Below are positions 10,096 through 19,538 of a DNA stretch of 64,000 bases, one piece after another. A model generated the notes under the pieces. That model was not told the origin of the DNA and searched no databases. It saw nothing but the letters and a program-made list of their open reading frames with translations. The stretch is from the NCBI GenBank assembly GCA_963674705.1, contig OY771506.1, positions 2,432,001 through 2,496,000 of the forward strand, read 5' to 3'. The DNA comes from Phycisphaeraceae bacterium. Its GTDB lineage: Bacteria > Planctomycetota > Phycisphaerae > Phycisphaerales > Phycisphaeraceae. Position numbers and translations under genes: made by a program. Position 1 is the first letter of the stretch. Every line of letters starts with the position of its first letter.

Positions 10096-10250
10096 ACCGC
10101 GAAGGCGCGAAGAGCGCGAAGTATGAAGAGGTATATCCGCAGATTGCGCAGATGAGAAGAAGATTATGCCCTTGTCTTAAATCTGTGTCATCTGCGTAAT
10201 CTGTGGATACTTCTTCTTGTCTTTCTTAGCGATCTTCGCGCCTTCGCGGT
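10096..10250. repeat. Nested double inverted repeat built from 9-nt periodic units
   Basis: Outer arms 10096-10121 and 10225-10250 are 24/26 complementary; inner arms 10135-10155 and 10188-10208 are 19/21 complementary. Confidence 0.85.
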
Positions 10251-10260
10251 GTGTTTGTTT

Positions 10261-11754
10261 TTAGTATTCAGAAACGGGTAACTGTTCGAGCGGGCCCTTG
10301 GCTTCGGTGATGTCGTCGCTGACGTCTTTGGCTTCGGCGCCGATGGCTTCGATGATGGCTTCGAGGTCGTCGGGGACCGGGATCGGGCGGTTGGCGATCT
10401 TGCCGTGCGGGTTCTTGCGCGGAGCCTGTTCCTGGACAGCCTTCATGTCGATGCCGGTGTGGTACTTCACGGTGGCATCCGGGTCTTTCAGGACGTGGCC
10501 TGTCAGGATGCAGACGACGCGCTGGTCGGGCTTGATGAGCCCTTCCTTGATGAGCATGTGCGCCCCAGCGACGCTCGCGGCGCTGGCGGGTTCACTGCCG
10601 AAGCCGTATCGGCCGACCATGGCCTTGTATTCGAGGATGGTTTCGTCATCGACCTCGCGGGTTACGCCGTCCATGATGTCCAGCGCCCGCAGGGCCTTGG
10701 GCAGATTGACGGGCCGACCGATCTCGATCGCGCTGGCGATGGTCTTGGCGTGGTAGCCGGCGGCGTCCTGCTCAGCGTAGTAGTTCTTGATCAGGTCGTG
10801 ATCGAACCGTCCGCCGTTCCACTTCAAGCCATGTTTGTTGACCAGTTCAAAGAGCGGGTTCGCGCCCTTGGCCTGGATAACGGCGAGGCGTGGGATGCGG
10901 TCGATCAGGCCCAGTTCCTTGAGCTCAGCGAATGCCTTGCCGAAGGCGGAGCAGTTCCCGAGGTTGCCGCCGGGGACGATGATCCAGTCGGGCACATCCC
11001 AGTCGAGCGCTTCGAGGATGCGATACATGATCGCCTTCTGTCCTTCGAGGCGGAAGGGATTGACGCTGTTCATCAGGTAGATGCCCAGTTCGCGGCGGTC
11101 CTTGGCGATCTGGCGGACGCGGCGCAGGCAGGCGTCGAAGTCGCCCGTGATCTGAAGCGTGCGGGCGCCGTAGTCGAGGGCCTGGCTCAGCTTACCGTAG
11201 GCGATCTTGCCCGAGCCGATGAAGACGATGCCGGTCCGCTGGGATAACGACGCGAACATGGCAAGGCTGGCGGATGTATTGCCCGTCGATGCACAGGCGA
11301 CGCGCTTAGCACCGATCATGTTGGCGTGGGTGAACGCAGCCGTCATGCCGTTATCTTTAAAGCTGCCGGAGGGATTGAGTCCTTCGTACTGCAGGAACAG
11401 GTTGCCGGGCTTTATACCGAGCTGGCGCGACAGTAGCTGAGCATCCTGGAGGTTGGTCCGGCCTTCACCGATCGTGACGATCTGGTCTTCGGTATCGAAG
11501 AACTTCATTAATTCACGGAACCGCCAGACGCCGGAGAAGTCCAGGGCGCCTTGGCCGTGCTCGCCCTTGGTCATCCAGCGGTGCTCGAAGGCCTTGAGGC
11601 TTTTGGGTACGTCCGGGCGGTCCCAACTGTACCTGATATCCAGCAGGGACTGCTTGCCCTTCTCGGCACAGGCTTCGCAGGCGAGATGGACCTCTTTGAT
11701 GCCGTAGGTCTGGCCGCAGTCGGGGTCAATACATTGTTGATAAGCGTGTTGCAT
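10261..11754 (-). CDS. thrC: Threonine synthase
   Basis: [11 protein letters not shown] with the PLP lysine, [36 protein letters not shown] and ILTGH.LKDP, plus an N-terminal Cys ribbon. GAGG SD lies before ATG 11754. Confidence 0.93.
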   Translation of the reverse strand: MQHAYQQCIDPDCGQTYGIKEVHLACEACAEKGKQSLLDIRYSWDRPDVPKSLKAFEHRWMTKGEHGQGALDFSGVWRFRELMKFFDTEDQIVTIGEGRTNLQDAQLLSRQLGIKPGNLFLQYEGLNPSGSFKDNGMTAAFTHANMIGAKRVACASTGNTSASLAMFASLSQRTGIVFIGSGKIAYGKLSQALDYGARTLQITGDFDACLRRVRQIAKDRRELGIYLMNSVNPFRLEGQKAIMYRILEALDWDVPDWIIVPGGNLGNCSAFGKAFAELKELGLIDRIPRLAVIQAKGANPLFELVNKHGLKWNGGRFDHDLIKNYYAEQDAAGYHAKTIASAIEIGRPVNLPKALRALDIMDGVTREVDDETILEYKAMVGRYGFGSEPASAASVAGAHMLIKEGLIKPDQRVVCILTGHVLKDPDATVKYHTGIDMKAVQEQAPRKNPHGKIANRPIPVPDDLEAIIEAIGAEAKDVSDDITEAKGPLEQLPVSEY

Positions 11755-11820
11755 GGGGTTCTTCCTCGAGCCGTGCATTGTAGCATGCGCTGGTATGAAC
11801 GTGCGGCTACAATCTCGGCC

Positions 11821-12531
11821 ATGAAACCACTGATCGGCATCACGTTGGACCGCGTCGAGAACGAGCTGCACAAGCACGGGGTGTACCAGATCGGGCCGTT
11901 TGTTGCCCGGTCGGTCGCGGCGGCGGGGGGCGTGCCTGTGCTGATGGCCGTTGATCCCAGCCTGGCGGCAGATTACGCGGAATCGTGCGATGGTTTCGTT
12001 TTTACAGGCGGTTTCGATCCCGACACGACCCGGTTCGGCGAGCCGATGCACCCCAAGGCCCGGAAGATGGACCCCAATCGCCAGGCGTTTGAGGTCGCAC
12101 TACTGGATGCATTGAAAGATCGGCGGGACAAACCCGTCCTGGGAATCTGCCTGGGCATGCAGATGCTGGCCCTGCACGCGGGGGGCAAGCTGAACCAGTA
12201 CATGCCCGAGACGCTGGAGAACGCCGAGATCCACCAGAAGTGCCAGGATCATCCGATCAAGGTGACGGCCGAAGATACCTGGATCAAGCCCGGCGATGCT
12301 GAGGGGCACGAACCGATCTGCTCATCGCATCAACAGGCGGTCAGCGATCCCGGGAAGATGCGCGTGGTGGCGATTGCGCCCGATGGGACAGTCGAAGCGA
12401 TAGACGCGAAGCCGACCGACACTGAGCGTTTCTATTTTGGCGTTCAATGGCATCCGGAACGCGGCGGCGACGGCCCACTTAATCTTGGGCTTTTTCACCA
12501 GCTTGTTTCTGCGGCGCGTGACGCCAGGTGA
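11821..12531 (+). CDS. Gamma-glutamyl-gamma-aminobutyrate hydrolase-like protein (peptidase C26, class I glutamine amidotransferase)
   Basis: MKPLIGIT start, [14 protein letters not shown] (nucleophile Cys), SHQQAV, DG.VEAI and GVQWHPE. Confidence 0.9.
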   Translation: MKPLIGITLDRVENELHKHGVYQIGPFVARSVAAAGGVPVLMAVDPSLAADYAESCDGFVFTGGFDPDTTRFGEPMHPKARKMDPNRQAFEVALLDALKDRRDKPVLGICLGMQMLALHAGGKLNQYMPETLENAEIHQKCQDHPIKVTAEDTWIKPGDAEGHEPICSSHQQAVSDPGKMRVVAIAPDGTVEAIDAKPTDTERFYFGVQWHPERGGDGPLNLGLFHQLVSAARDAR

Positions 12532-13162
12532 TCCAGACGACGAGGATTACACCGAGCAGCAGCGAAACATCGGCGAGGTTGAAAATCCAAGGGTAGAGCC
12601 CGCGTGCCCCGCCGGGCCAGGTGAGACCGAACGGCAATTCCCAGTTCGGGAACAGGTGCAACATATCCCGCACCACGGCATAGACCATCCGGTCGTAGAG
12701 ATTCCCTAATGCCCCCGCCAGGATCAGGGCAAGCGAGATGTGGAACAGCTTCATCCGCGCATCGCTCTTCCAGAACACGCGTCCGACGAAGCCGGTTGCG
12801 AAGAGGCTGACGACGATGAAGACCCATCGGCTGCCCTTGCCGATACCGAAGATCGCGCCTTCGTTAGCGGTCAGTTGCAGGTTCAGGATATTGGGGATGA
12901 GCACGGTCGGATCGTGGTGCGGTACGCCGAAGTAAGGGGATTCGTCGGAGAGTACGACCGGTGTGTCCGCAACGTGCTGGAAGGCGTACCACTTCAGGGC
13001 GAGGTCGAGTCCTAACATAGCAAGTGTGACGGCGATGAACATCACGATCAGCGCGGGTTTTTTTCCAGCCGTGATTGTCACGGTAGTGGGGGCGTTCTTG
13101 GATTGGTCGTTGTCCCGCTGATCCATGGTGAGGGATTGTACGGTATTCTCTTGATCCATCAT
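12479..13162 (-). CDS. lspA: Lipoprotein signal peptidase (signal peptidase II)
   Basis: D...K, N.GAIFG, GALGNLYDR, VVRD and FNLAD catalytic motifs, with four hydrophobic segments. Confidence 0.93.
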   Translation of the reverse strand: MMDQENTVQSLTMDQRDNDQSKNAPTTVTITAGKKPALIVMFIAVTLAMLGLDLALKWYAFQHVADTPVVLSDESPYFGVPHHDPTVLIPNILNLQLTANEGAIFGIGKGSRWVFIVVSLFATGFVGRVFWKSDARMKLFHISLALILAGALGNLYDRMVYAVVRDMLHLFPNWELPFGLTWPGGARGLYPWIFNLADVSLLLGVILVVWITWRHAPQKQAGEKAQD

Positions 13163-13163
13163 C

Positions 13164-13238
13164 AGCCCCGGTCGGAAGACCGGGGTTCGCGAGTAAAGGG
13201 TGCGGATTAAACAAAACCCCGGTCTTCCGGCCGGGGCT
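13164..13238. repeat. Inverted pair of REP-like palindromes (REPIN-like doublet)
   Basis: AGCCCCGGTCGGAAGACCGGGGTT (13164-13187) and its 23/24 inverted copy (13215-13238). Each unit is itself a hairpin. Confidence 0.8.
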
Positions 13239-13267
13239 ATTGGGCGTTGTAGTAAATTGTCTTGAGG

Positions 13268-14095
13268 TCAGAAGCTATGCAGGCCGCGTTTTTCGCGTTC
13301 GCGGACGATCTCGATGCTGTACTTGGCCCAGGGTTTGATCTCCAGGCGAGCCTTGGGGATCGGGTTGCCGGTGATGACGCAGACGCCGTAGGTCTTGTTT
13401 TCGATGCGCTGGAGGGCACGATCGATTTCGACCAGGAGTTTGCGTTCGGATTCGACGAGGCCGAGTGTGAATTCCTGCTCGTAGTTGTCAGAGCCGATGT
13501 CTGCCATGTGCAGGGGCATGTTGGAGAGCTGGCCGCCGTTGCCTGAACTGCGGGATTCTTCCATGCCGGCGACGTCGCCGATGATTTCGGCACGTTTTTC
13601 CAGCAGTAGCTGTTTGAACTCGTTGAGTTCTTTTCGCGACAGGCCGGACTTGATTCGGCGGAGTTTGGCGTCGCTGAGCGGTGTCCAGTCGTCATAGTCC
13701 TGTTCGGCCGGTGGCGGAGGGGTGGGACGGACGACGCGATGGATCTTGACCGGCGTAGGCTTGGGGGCGACGTTGGCGTCGGCCTTGCCGTTGTCGGACG
13801 GATTGACTTTTGTATCGACGACCGGCTCATCGGTAGCCATAACTTCGGCTTTCTTTGTGGACTTTTTCGTCGTCTTCTTGGTTTTAACGCTGTCGGCCTG
13901 GGTCTTGGTGGTCTTCTTCTTGGTTGCCGACTTTTTGGTAGTGGGCTTCTTGGCGGCCGACTTGGTCGCCGACTTTTTGGTGGTGGCTTTGCTCTTGGTC
14001 GTCTTTTTGGTGGTCTTCTTCTTGGACGCACCGGACGAGGCCTTGGTCTTACCGCTGGTCTTGGCGGCCTTCTTCTTGGTTGTTTTCTTGGCCAC
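13268..14095 (-). CDS. TraR/DksA family protein with a Lys-rich N-terminal extension
   Basis: FKQLLLEKR coiled coil, HMADIGSD tip and EIDRALQRIE..TYG.C..TG.PIP.ARLE..PWA. Confidence 0.88.
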   Translation of the reverse strand: MAKKTTKKKAAKTSGKTKASSGASKKKTTKKTTKSKATTKKSATKSAAKKPTTKKSATKKKTTKTQADSVKTKKTTKKSTKKAEVMATDEPVVDTKVNPSDNGKADANVAPKPTPVKIHRVVRPTPPPPAEQDYDDWTPLSDAKLRRIKSGLSRKELNEFKQLLLEKRAEIIGDVAGMEESRSSGNGGQLSNMPLHMADIGSDNYEQEFTLGLVESERKLLVEIDRALQRIENKTYGVCVITGNPIPKARLEIKPWAKYSIEIVREREKRGLHSF

Positions 14096-14291
14096 TGATC
14101 ACTCCGTCGGCTCGGGCCGGGGATTCCCGGCGGGTCATATTAGGCCGGACTTCGGCCAGGTAATTAAGAAGACTCACTGATGGGGACGCGGGAGTTTATC
14201 GCCCCTAGCGACCCCGGGCAACATCTGTTTCACAGACTGCCAACCTGGCGCAATACATGCAGGTTTTCTGCTCGTGAAACGACTGCGGGGG

Positions 14292-14858
14292 CTAATCCCC
14301 GTGTTTCTGGCGCAACCGGGTGCTCAGTCGCAGCAGCAGTTGCACACGCTCAAACTCATCCAGCCAGTCGGCCAGGGTTTGGCTCAATTCATCATCGGGT
14401 ATCGGCGCACCCGGCATTGGGCATGCCCCGCCCAGATTTTTCGCCGCCATGGCCCGATAACGCGTCAGCGTCCGGTCGCCGTACCAACCCACGAACTCGT
14501 AGTCCTCTGCACAGAAGATCAGTGCAGGCACACGGTTACCCGCGTTGATCCGGACCTTTTCCTGAAGGTCGATGTGTTCGTCTCGGTCAAGCCAGCGCAG
14601 GTCGATGTTTTCTGAAGCCTCGGCGATCCGCTGGATCAACGGGCCTTGCTGGACGCAGTCGCCGCACCATGTGCCGGACAGGCCGATGACGTTCATTTTC
14701 CGTGAAAACGAACCAAGCAAGGCCTTTTGGCTTTTCGAAAGGCTGATCTGGTCGTAGATCGCCTGCCAATCCTGCTGCTTGTCGGGCTTGCCGGTCGCGA
14801 CGTAGTCGGCGTAGGACAGCCCCGCATCATGTTTTTCTTTCAGATAGCCCGCCCGCAT
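14292..14858 (-). CDS. Thioredoxin family protein
   Basis: GTWCGDC active site and cis-Pro motif RVP. SD GGAG lies before ATG 14858. Confidence 0.85.
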   Translation of the reverse strand: MRAGYLKEKHDAGLSYADYVATGKPDKQQDWQAIYDQISLSKSQKALLGSFSRKMNVIGLSGTWCGDCVQQGPLIQRIAEASENIDLRWLDRDEHIDLQEKVRINAGNRVPALIFCAEDYEFVGWYGDRTLTRYRAMAAKNLGGACPMPGAPIPDDELSQTLADWLDEFERVQLLLRLSTRLRQKHGD

Positions 14859-14916
14859 GGTTCTCCTTATTAAACGCGACAAGTCGCGTCGTTTCCTAGG
14901 TTTTAGCGTTCGTACA

Positions 14917-15477
14917 CTATTTGATCATGCCGGCTTCCCGGGCGTAATCGAACACGCCGCCGGCGTCGATGATGGGCTTGACATCACCAAGCGGTTTGAC
15001 GCTGTACGTCTTGCCGCTGCTCTGGTTGGTGAGGGTGCCTGCCTCGATATCGAGTGAGCATTCGTCGCCGGTCTTGATCTCTTCACAGATGCGAGAGTCG
15101 GTCTCAACCGGCAGTAAGTAGCCACCGTTCACACAGTTACGGTAGAAAATACGGGCATAAAACTCGGCGACCACGGCCTTGGCGCCGGCCTCGGCGATAG
15201 CGAGGGGGGCGTGCTCACGGCTGGAGCCGCAACCAAAGTTCTTGCCGCCGATGACGATGGCGTATTCGGTGGTGAACTTGCCTTCGTCGACAAAGCGTAT
15301 GTTGCCCTTGGGCAGGCCGCTGGTGGCCCGGGGGACGCCGTTCATGGCATACATACCGAAGTACTTGCGTTCTTCCGGGTTTGTCGGGTCGTAGGACAGG
15401 AATTCGGCGGGGATGATCTGATCGGTATCGATATCATCACCGAGAACAAAGGCCTTGCCCGAGATTATATTTGCCAT
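14917..15477 (-). CDS. leuD: 3-isopropylmalate dehydratase small subunit (LeuD/HacB family)
   Basis: GDDIDTDQIIPA, NFGCGSSREHAP, ARIFYRNCVNGG and IIDAGG. No large subunit is present in the window. Confidence 0.88.
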   Translation of the reverse strand: MANIISGKAFVLGDDIDTDQIIPAEFLSYDPTNPEERKYFGMYAMNGVPRATSGLPKGNIRFVDEGKFTTEYAIVIGGKNFGCGSSREHAPLAIAEAGAKAVVAEFYARIFYRNCVNGGYLLPVETDSRICEEIKTGDECSLDIEAGTLTNQSSGKTYSVKPLGDVKPIIDAGGVFDYAREAGMIK

Positions 15478-15631
15478 AACTCTTTCCCTGCTGATAGTTA
15501 ATGGGATTGGTGGGGCGGTGGGGCACCTGCCCGAGCCAAGCATTATACCACGGTTATGGCGTCCAACCCAGTCAATCGGCGAAACGTAACAACGTTACAA
15601 TCGTACAACATACGATTAGGAGGCTAACAGT

Positions 15632-16720
15632 ATGCGCTCATACAAGTTGTGTTTGATGCTCTTTTTGATTGCGGCTACGGCGGTGCCGGTATGGGCTGAG
15701 GAGCCTGAAGCTGAAAGCACCGGCCGGATGATGGCAGTGGTTTCCGAGGACCTGCTGCCTTCGGAAGTTCACACGATCCGGCTGTTCGAAAAGGCGAGTC
15801 CTGCAATTGTGAATATCAATACGCTTGCTCGCCGGATCAACATCTGGACCCGTGATGTCCGCGATGTGCCGCAGGGGTCCGGCTCGGGCTTTGTCTGGGA
15901 CGATCAGGGCCACATCGTGACGAACTTCCACGTCATCCGCCGGGCGAACAGTGCGCAGGTGATCCTGTATGACCAGTCGCGGTATCAGGCATCGCTTGTC
16001 GGTGTTTCGCCTGATCACGACATCGCGGTGTTGAAGATCGAGGCGGACCCGGAGCTGCTCAGGACTTTACCGGTCGGACGCAGCGACAACCTGCTGGTCG
16101 GCCAGAACGTCTACGCCATCGGCAACCCGTTCGGCCTGGACCACACACTGACGACCGGCATCATCTCTGCGCTCAACCGCCAGATCGATAGCGCGACCGG
16201 TTTGCCGATCGAGGATGTGATCCAGACCGATGCCGCGATCAACCCCGGCAACTCAGGCGGACCCCTGCTCGATTCATCCGGCCGACTGATCGGCATGAAC
16301 ACTGCGATCTACAGCCCAAGCGGCGCATCGGCGGGGATCGGTTTTGCGATACCCATCGACACGATCAACCGTGTTGTCCCCCAGATCATCGAGACAGGCA
16401 CGTACCGCCGGCCCGGCATCGGCATCCGTGTCAGCCAGCGCGCCAACCAGGTGATCCTCGGCCGGCTTGGCGTCAAAGGTGTGCTGGTGATCGATGTGCA
16501 GGAAGACAGCCCCGCCGAGGCCGCGGGCCTGCGCCGCTCCAGCGAAACCCCCGAAGGCAAAATCGTGTTAGGCGACATCATCACCGCCGTCGACGGCCAA
16601 CCGATCGAGGACAACGACGACCTGTTTCTCTACTTCGAAAAGAAACAGCCAGGCGACACCGTGACGCTGACGCTGAAGCGGTTGGATGAGGATCAGCAGG
16701 TGGAGGTGGAGTTACGGTGA
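15632..16720 (+). CDS. HtrA/Deg-family trypsin-like serine protease with one PDZ domain
   Basis: Signal peptide, GSGSGFVWD, TNFHV (His), DIAVLKI (Asp), IQTDAAINPGNSGGPLL (Ser) and a C-terminal PDZ (SPAEAAGL..GDII.AVDG). Confidence 0.93.
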   Translation: MRSYKLCLMLFLIAATAVPVWAEEPEAESTGRMMAVVSEDLLPSEVHTIRLFEKASPAIVNINTLARRINIWTRDVRDVPQGSGSGFVWDDQGHIVTNFHVIRRANSAQVILYDQSRYQASLVGVSPDHDIAVLKIEADPELLRTLPVGRSDNLLVGQNVYAIGNPFGLDHTLTTGIISALNRQIDSATGLPIEDVIQTDAAINPGNSGGPLLDSSGRLIGMNTAIYSPSGASAGIGFAIPIDTINRVVPQIIETGTYRRPGIGIRVSQRANQVILGRLGVKGVLVIDVQEDSPAEAAGLRRSSETPEGKIVLGDIITAVDGQPIEDNDDLFLYFEKKQPGDTVTLTLKRLDEDQQVEVELR

Positions 16721-18343
16721 GGCGTCTGGTTCTTCTTCTTCGGACTTACTATTTAACGCATCGAGGTCCTGGTCCCCGTCCTCTTCTGACCAGTCCATTT
16801 CATATTCGTCGGTATCTATGTCCCACACGTGGTTGGGATTTACCAAAGGTGTCGTGGCAGGGCGGTTACGCTGATCGGGGTTGAGTAAGACGAAGCGTGA
16901 GTCGTCTGGATCATGATTCTGCCAGCGTGGATCGTTTGGATCGTAATCATCGTAGTCATCTTCGCCGATACCTGAGTCGTCAATGCCGTTGGCTCCGATG
17001 CTGTAGACGCGTACTTTGTCTTTAAGCACGATCATTTTCAGTTCATGACCATAATCGCAGGTAGGTGTCTCGTCGTAGACCTCGTTGAGGTCCTTCGGCC
17101 AACGGCCTTCACGCAGGCGGAATCGCTCGACTTCCAGAGCGGCCTCTGTAGCGGCTAATGTTGCGCGCATCTGCATATGTGCACGAAGCGTGACCTGCAT
17201 GCTGCTGATAGCAGGATAGGTAGTGTCTTGCTCGATCAATTGCAGTAGTTGCTGTGGGCTCAGGTTGGGTTGGTTTAATTCGTCATAGATTTCCAGGTAT
17301 TGTTCGGCCTGAGCGGCGGTGTTCAACTGCGATTGGCCGGGACACCAGAGCGTAAAGGTCCGGCCGACGGTGTGTTTGAACCGCTTCCAGTATGAATCAT
17401 GCGCATCGAATAGTTGGTCGAACATACCACTTATAAACGTGTATTTTGATGTTGGATCATTGAGTATGGCCACGGTGATCTGCCATGAACTGTAGTCATC
17501 ACGGGCTGTGTGCCATTGGGGATACTTCAACGACTTGGGCAGCGTGTTGAGTTCGGACATTAAGACGGGGGCGTAATCCAATTGGAATCGGTTGTCACGG
17601 ATCGCATTCGCTATGGCCACGAGTTGCTGGTCCGTCAGTTCCGCGCGGCTGAGCAAATCTTCGATCGCACCTTTACACAGACCTAAGTGGCCGATCCGTA
17701 CCAGTGAGATAATGGAGTAATGCTCCTGCGTGAGGTGGTCGGCCAGTAACAAGACGGCCAGGCAATCCGCGACAGCGCGGTCCGTATCGTTCACCGAAGA
17801 TGCCTGATATGAATCGAGTTTGAGCCACCGAGCAATTCGCCGGGACTCCCCCAAAATCTTCAGGTATGTATAGTCCTCGTTCGTGGGATCAAGATCGAAG
17901 TCGACCGTATCGTTGGGGTCGACGCGACGCAGTGACTGGAAAGCGAGTTCATTTTCAGTGATGACCTGTTGCAGCAGGTCGGCTTGTTCTTGGGAGAAGC
18001 CTTCTCCGAAGAGGGGCCAGTCCGCCATGCCATTTACCGGCATGATGTTAAATAACTTCGGGTCGTCGGTGAATAATTCCGCGGCAGCATGGTAGAAACG
18101 AGAGGCGTTTTCATGTTCGGGCGGGGATTCGGGTGCTTCGGCGGGGATGCCTCGAGATGCCAACTCCTTCAACATTTGATCCGCCGCGCGTTGGCCGCGG
18201 ATGTTGGTTATGACGATGTAGCCAATCCCCAGCACGACAACGATGAAGGTGAACCACTTGGTGACGCGCCAGGATCGGCGGATGTATCTGCGGGTACGGC
18301 TTGATTTTTCAGGTTTGTTTTCGGGCATGGGCCGGATACTCAT
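16712..18343 (-). CDS. Membrane-anchored hypothetical protein with a pseudopilin(GspG)-like C-terminal motif
   Basis: Basic N-terminus plus one TM helix, a helical body, ALEVERFRL..GRWP..L and YSIGANGIDD.G, and an acidic tail. Confidence 0.6.
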   Translation of the reverse strand: MSIRPMPENKPEKSSRTRRYIRRSWRVTKWFTFIVVVLGIGYIVITNIRGQRAADQMLKELASRGIPAEAPESPPEHENASRFYHAAAELFTDDPKLFNIMPVNGMADWPLFGEGFSQEQADLLQQVITENELAFQSLRRVDPNDTVDFDLDPTNEDYTYLKILGESRRIARWLKLDSYQASSVNDTDRAVADCLAVLLLADHLTQEHYSIISLVRIGHLGLCKGAIEDLLSRAELTDQQLVAIANAIRDNRFQLDYAPVLMSELNTLPKSLKYPQWHTARDDYSSWQITVAILNDPTSKYTFISGMFDQLFDAHDSYWKRFKHTVGRTFTLWCPGQSQLNTAAQAEQYLEIYDELNQPNLSPQQLLQLIEQDTTYPAISSMQVTLRAHMQMRATLAATEAALEVERFRLREGRWPKDLNEVYDETPTCDYGHELKMIVLKDKVRVYSIGANGIDDSGIGEDDYDDYDPNDPRWQNHDPDDSRFVLLNPDQRNRPATTPLVNPNHVWDIDTDEYEMDWSEEDGDQDLDALNSKSEEEEPDASP

Positions 18344-18480
18344 GCGAAGGATTGAACGGATTATTGCATTGAATGCATCTTAACCGGATCGAGTGTTCGG
18401 GTGTGAGATGCGTATGGGAGTTTGTCGCGTATGTGAGACGATGTGCGTGGATTGCTCAAGCGGCCACGCCGGGGGCGCGG

Positions 18481-19521
18481 TTATTGGGTGTGTTGTTTGC
18501 CGCCTCGGTTGTGTTCGTTTAAGACTTGCTCGTAGGCTTGGATATAACCATCAACCATCTGATCGATGGTGAACTTTTGCTCGACGTGTTCGCGGCAGGT
18601 TTTACGGTCGATGGTGTGAACCTTTGCGACTGCTTCGGCGGCTTGTTCGACGGTGTCGACGACGTAGCCGGTCTTTTCGTGGTCGATGACTTCGCGGGGA
18701 GAGCCTTTGTCGAAGGCGATGACGGGGGTGCCGCAGGCCATGGATTCGGTCATGATCAGGCCGAAGCGTTCGGGTTGCATGACAGGATGCAATACGGCCA
18801 AGGCATTACCCATCAGCTCATCGCGTTGTTCGGCTTCGACGTGGCCGATGAACTGGATCTGTCGGCCATCGATGTAGGGCTGGACTTTCTGCTTGAAGTA
18901 GTCTTCCTGCTGGACGAAGCCGGCGATGGTCAGGTGTTTGCCTGACATTTGGGCGATTCTAATCGCTTCGGCGCAGCCTTTTTCGTGGTGGATGCGGCCG
19001 ATGAAAAGCAGGTCTTCGCCGCCCCTATCACGGAAGGTGAATTGGGAGAGATCGATGCCGTTGTAGACGGTTGCGACGTAGTCGAGCTTTTTGTAGCGGT
19101 CGGAGTTGCTGATCGAAACGTACCAGGTGTTGGCGTTGTACTTTTCGTAGGCGGGGTAGATCGAGGGGCTGCTGAAGCCGTGCACGGTGGTGAGGACGGG
19201 CGTTTTAACCAGGCCGGCAAAAACCAGGGCGCGGAAGTCGCAATGGTTGTGGATCAGGTCGAACTCATCGGCGTGCTCGAAGCACTCGGCGATGTGCATC
19301 GGCATCCAGACATCCGGGTTGATCGACTTGTCGAGTTCGTACGGATGCGGGCAGATGGCGTGGAGTTTGCCGGCGGTGTGAGAGTCGGCGGTGGCGAAGA
19401 GGGTGACGTCGTGGCCGTGCTTGATGAGGCCTTCAGCAATGTTAGACGCGACCTGTTCCCACGGGCCGTAGCCTTTGGGCGGGGTCGGCCAGGCGACCGG
19501 TGAGAGTATCGCGATCTTCAT
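18481..19521 (-). CDS. Glycosyltransferase family 4
   Basis: MKIAIL, PPKGYGPWE, GHDVTLFA, VYNGID, GRIHHEKG and ERFGLIMTESMACGTPVI (EX7E). Confidence 0.93.
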   Translation of the reverse strand: MKIAILSPVAWPTPPKGYGPWEQVASNIAEGLIKHGHDVTLFATADSHTAGKLHAICPHPYELDKSINPDVWMPMHIAECFEHADEFDLIHNHCDFRALVFAGLVKTPVLTTVHGFSSPSIYPAYEKYNANTWYVSISNSDRYKKLDYVATVYNGIDLSQFTFRDRGGEDLLFIGRIHHEKGCAEAIRIAQMSGKHLTIAGFVQQEDYFKQKVQPYIDGRQIQFIGHVEAEQRDELMGNALAVLHPVMQPERFGLIMTESMACGTPVIAFDKGSPREVIDHEKTGYVVDTVEQAAEAVAKVHTIDRKTCREHVEQKFTIDQMVDGYIQAYEQVLNEHNRGGKQHTQ

Positions 19522-19538
19522 GCCATCCCCTGCGTTTG

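Noticed and set aside
10096..10250. CRISPR-like array interpretation of the periodic repeats
   Set aside because: The units are 7-10 nt, tandem and inverted, with no unique spacers and no cas genes.
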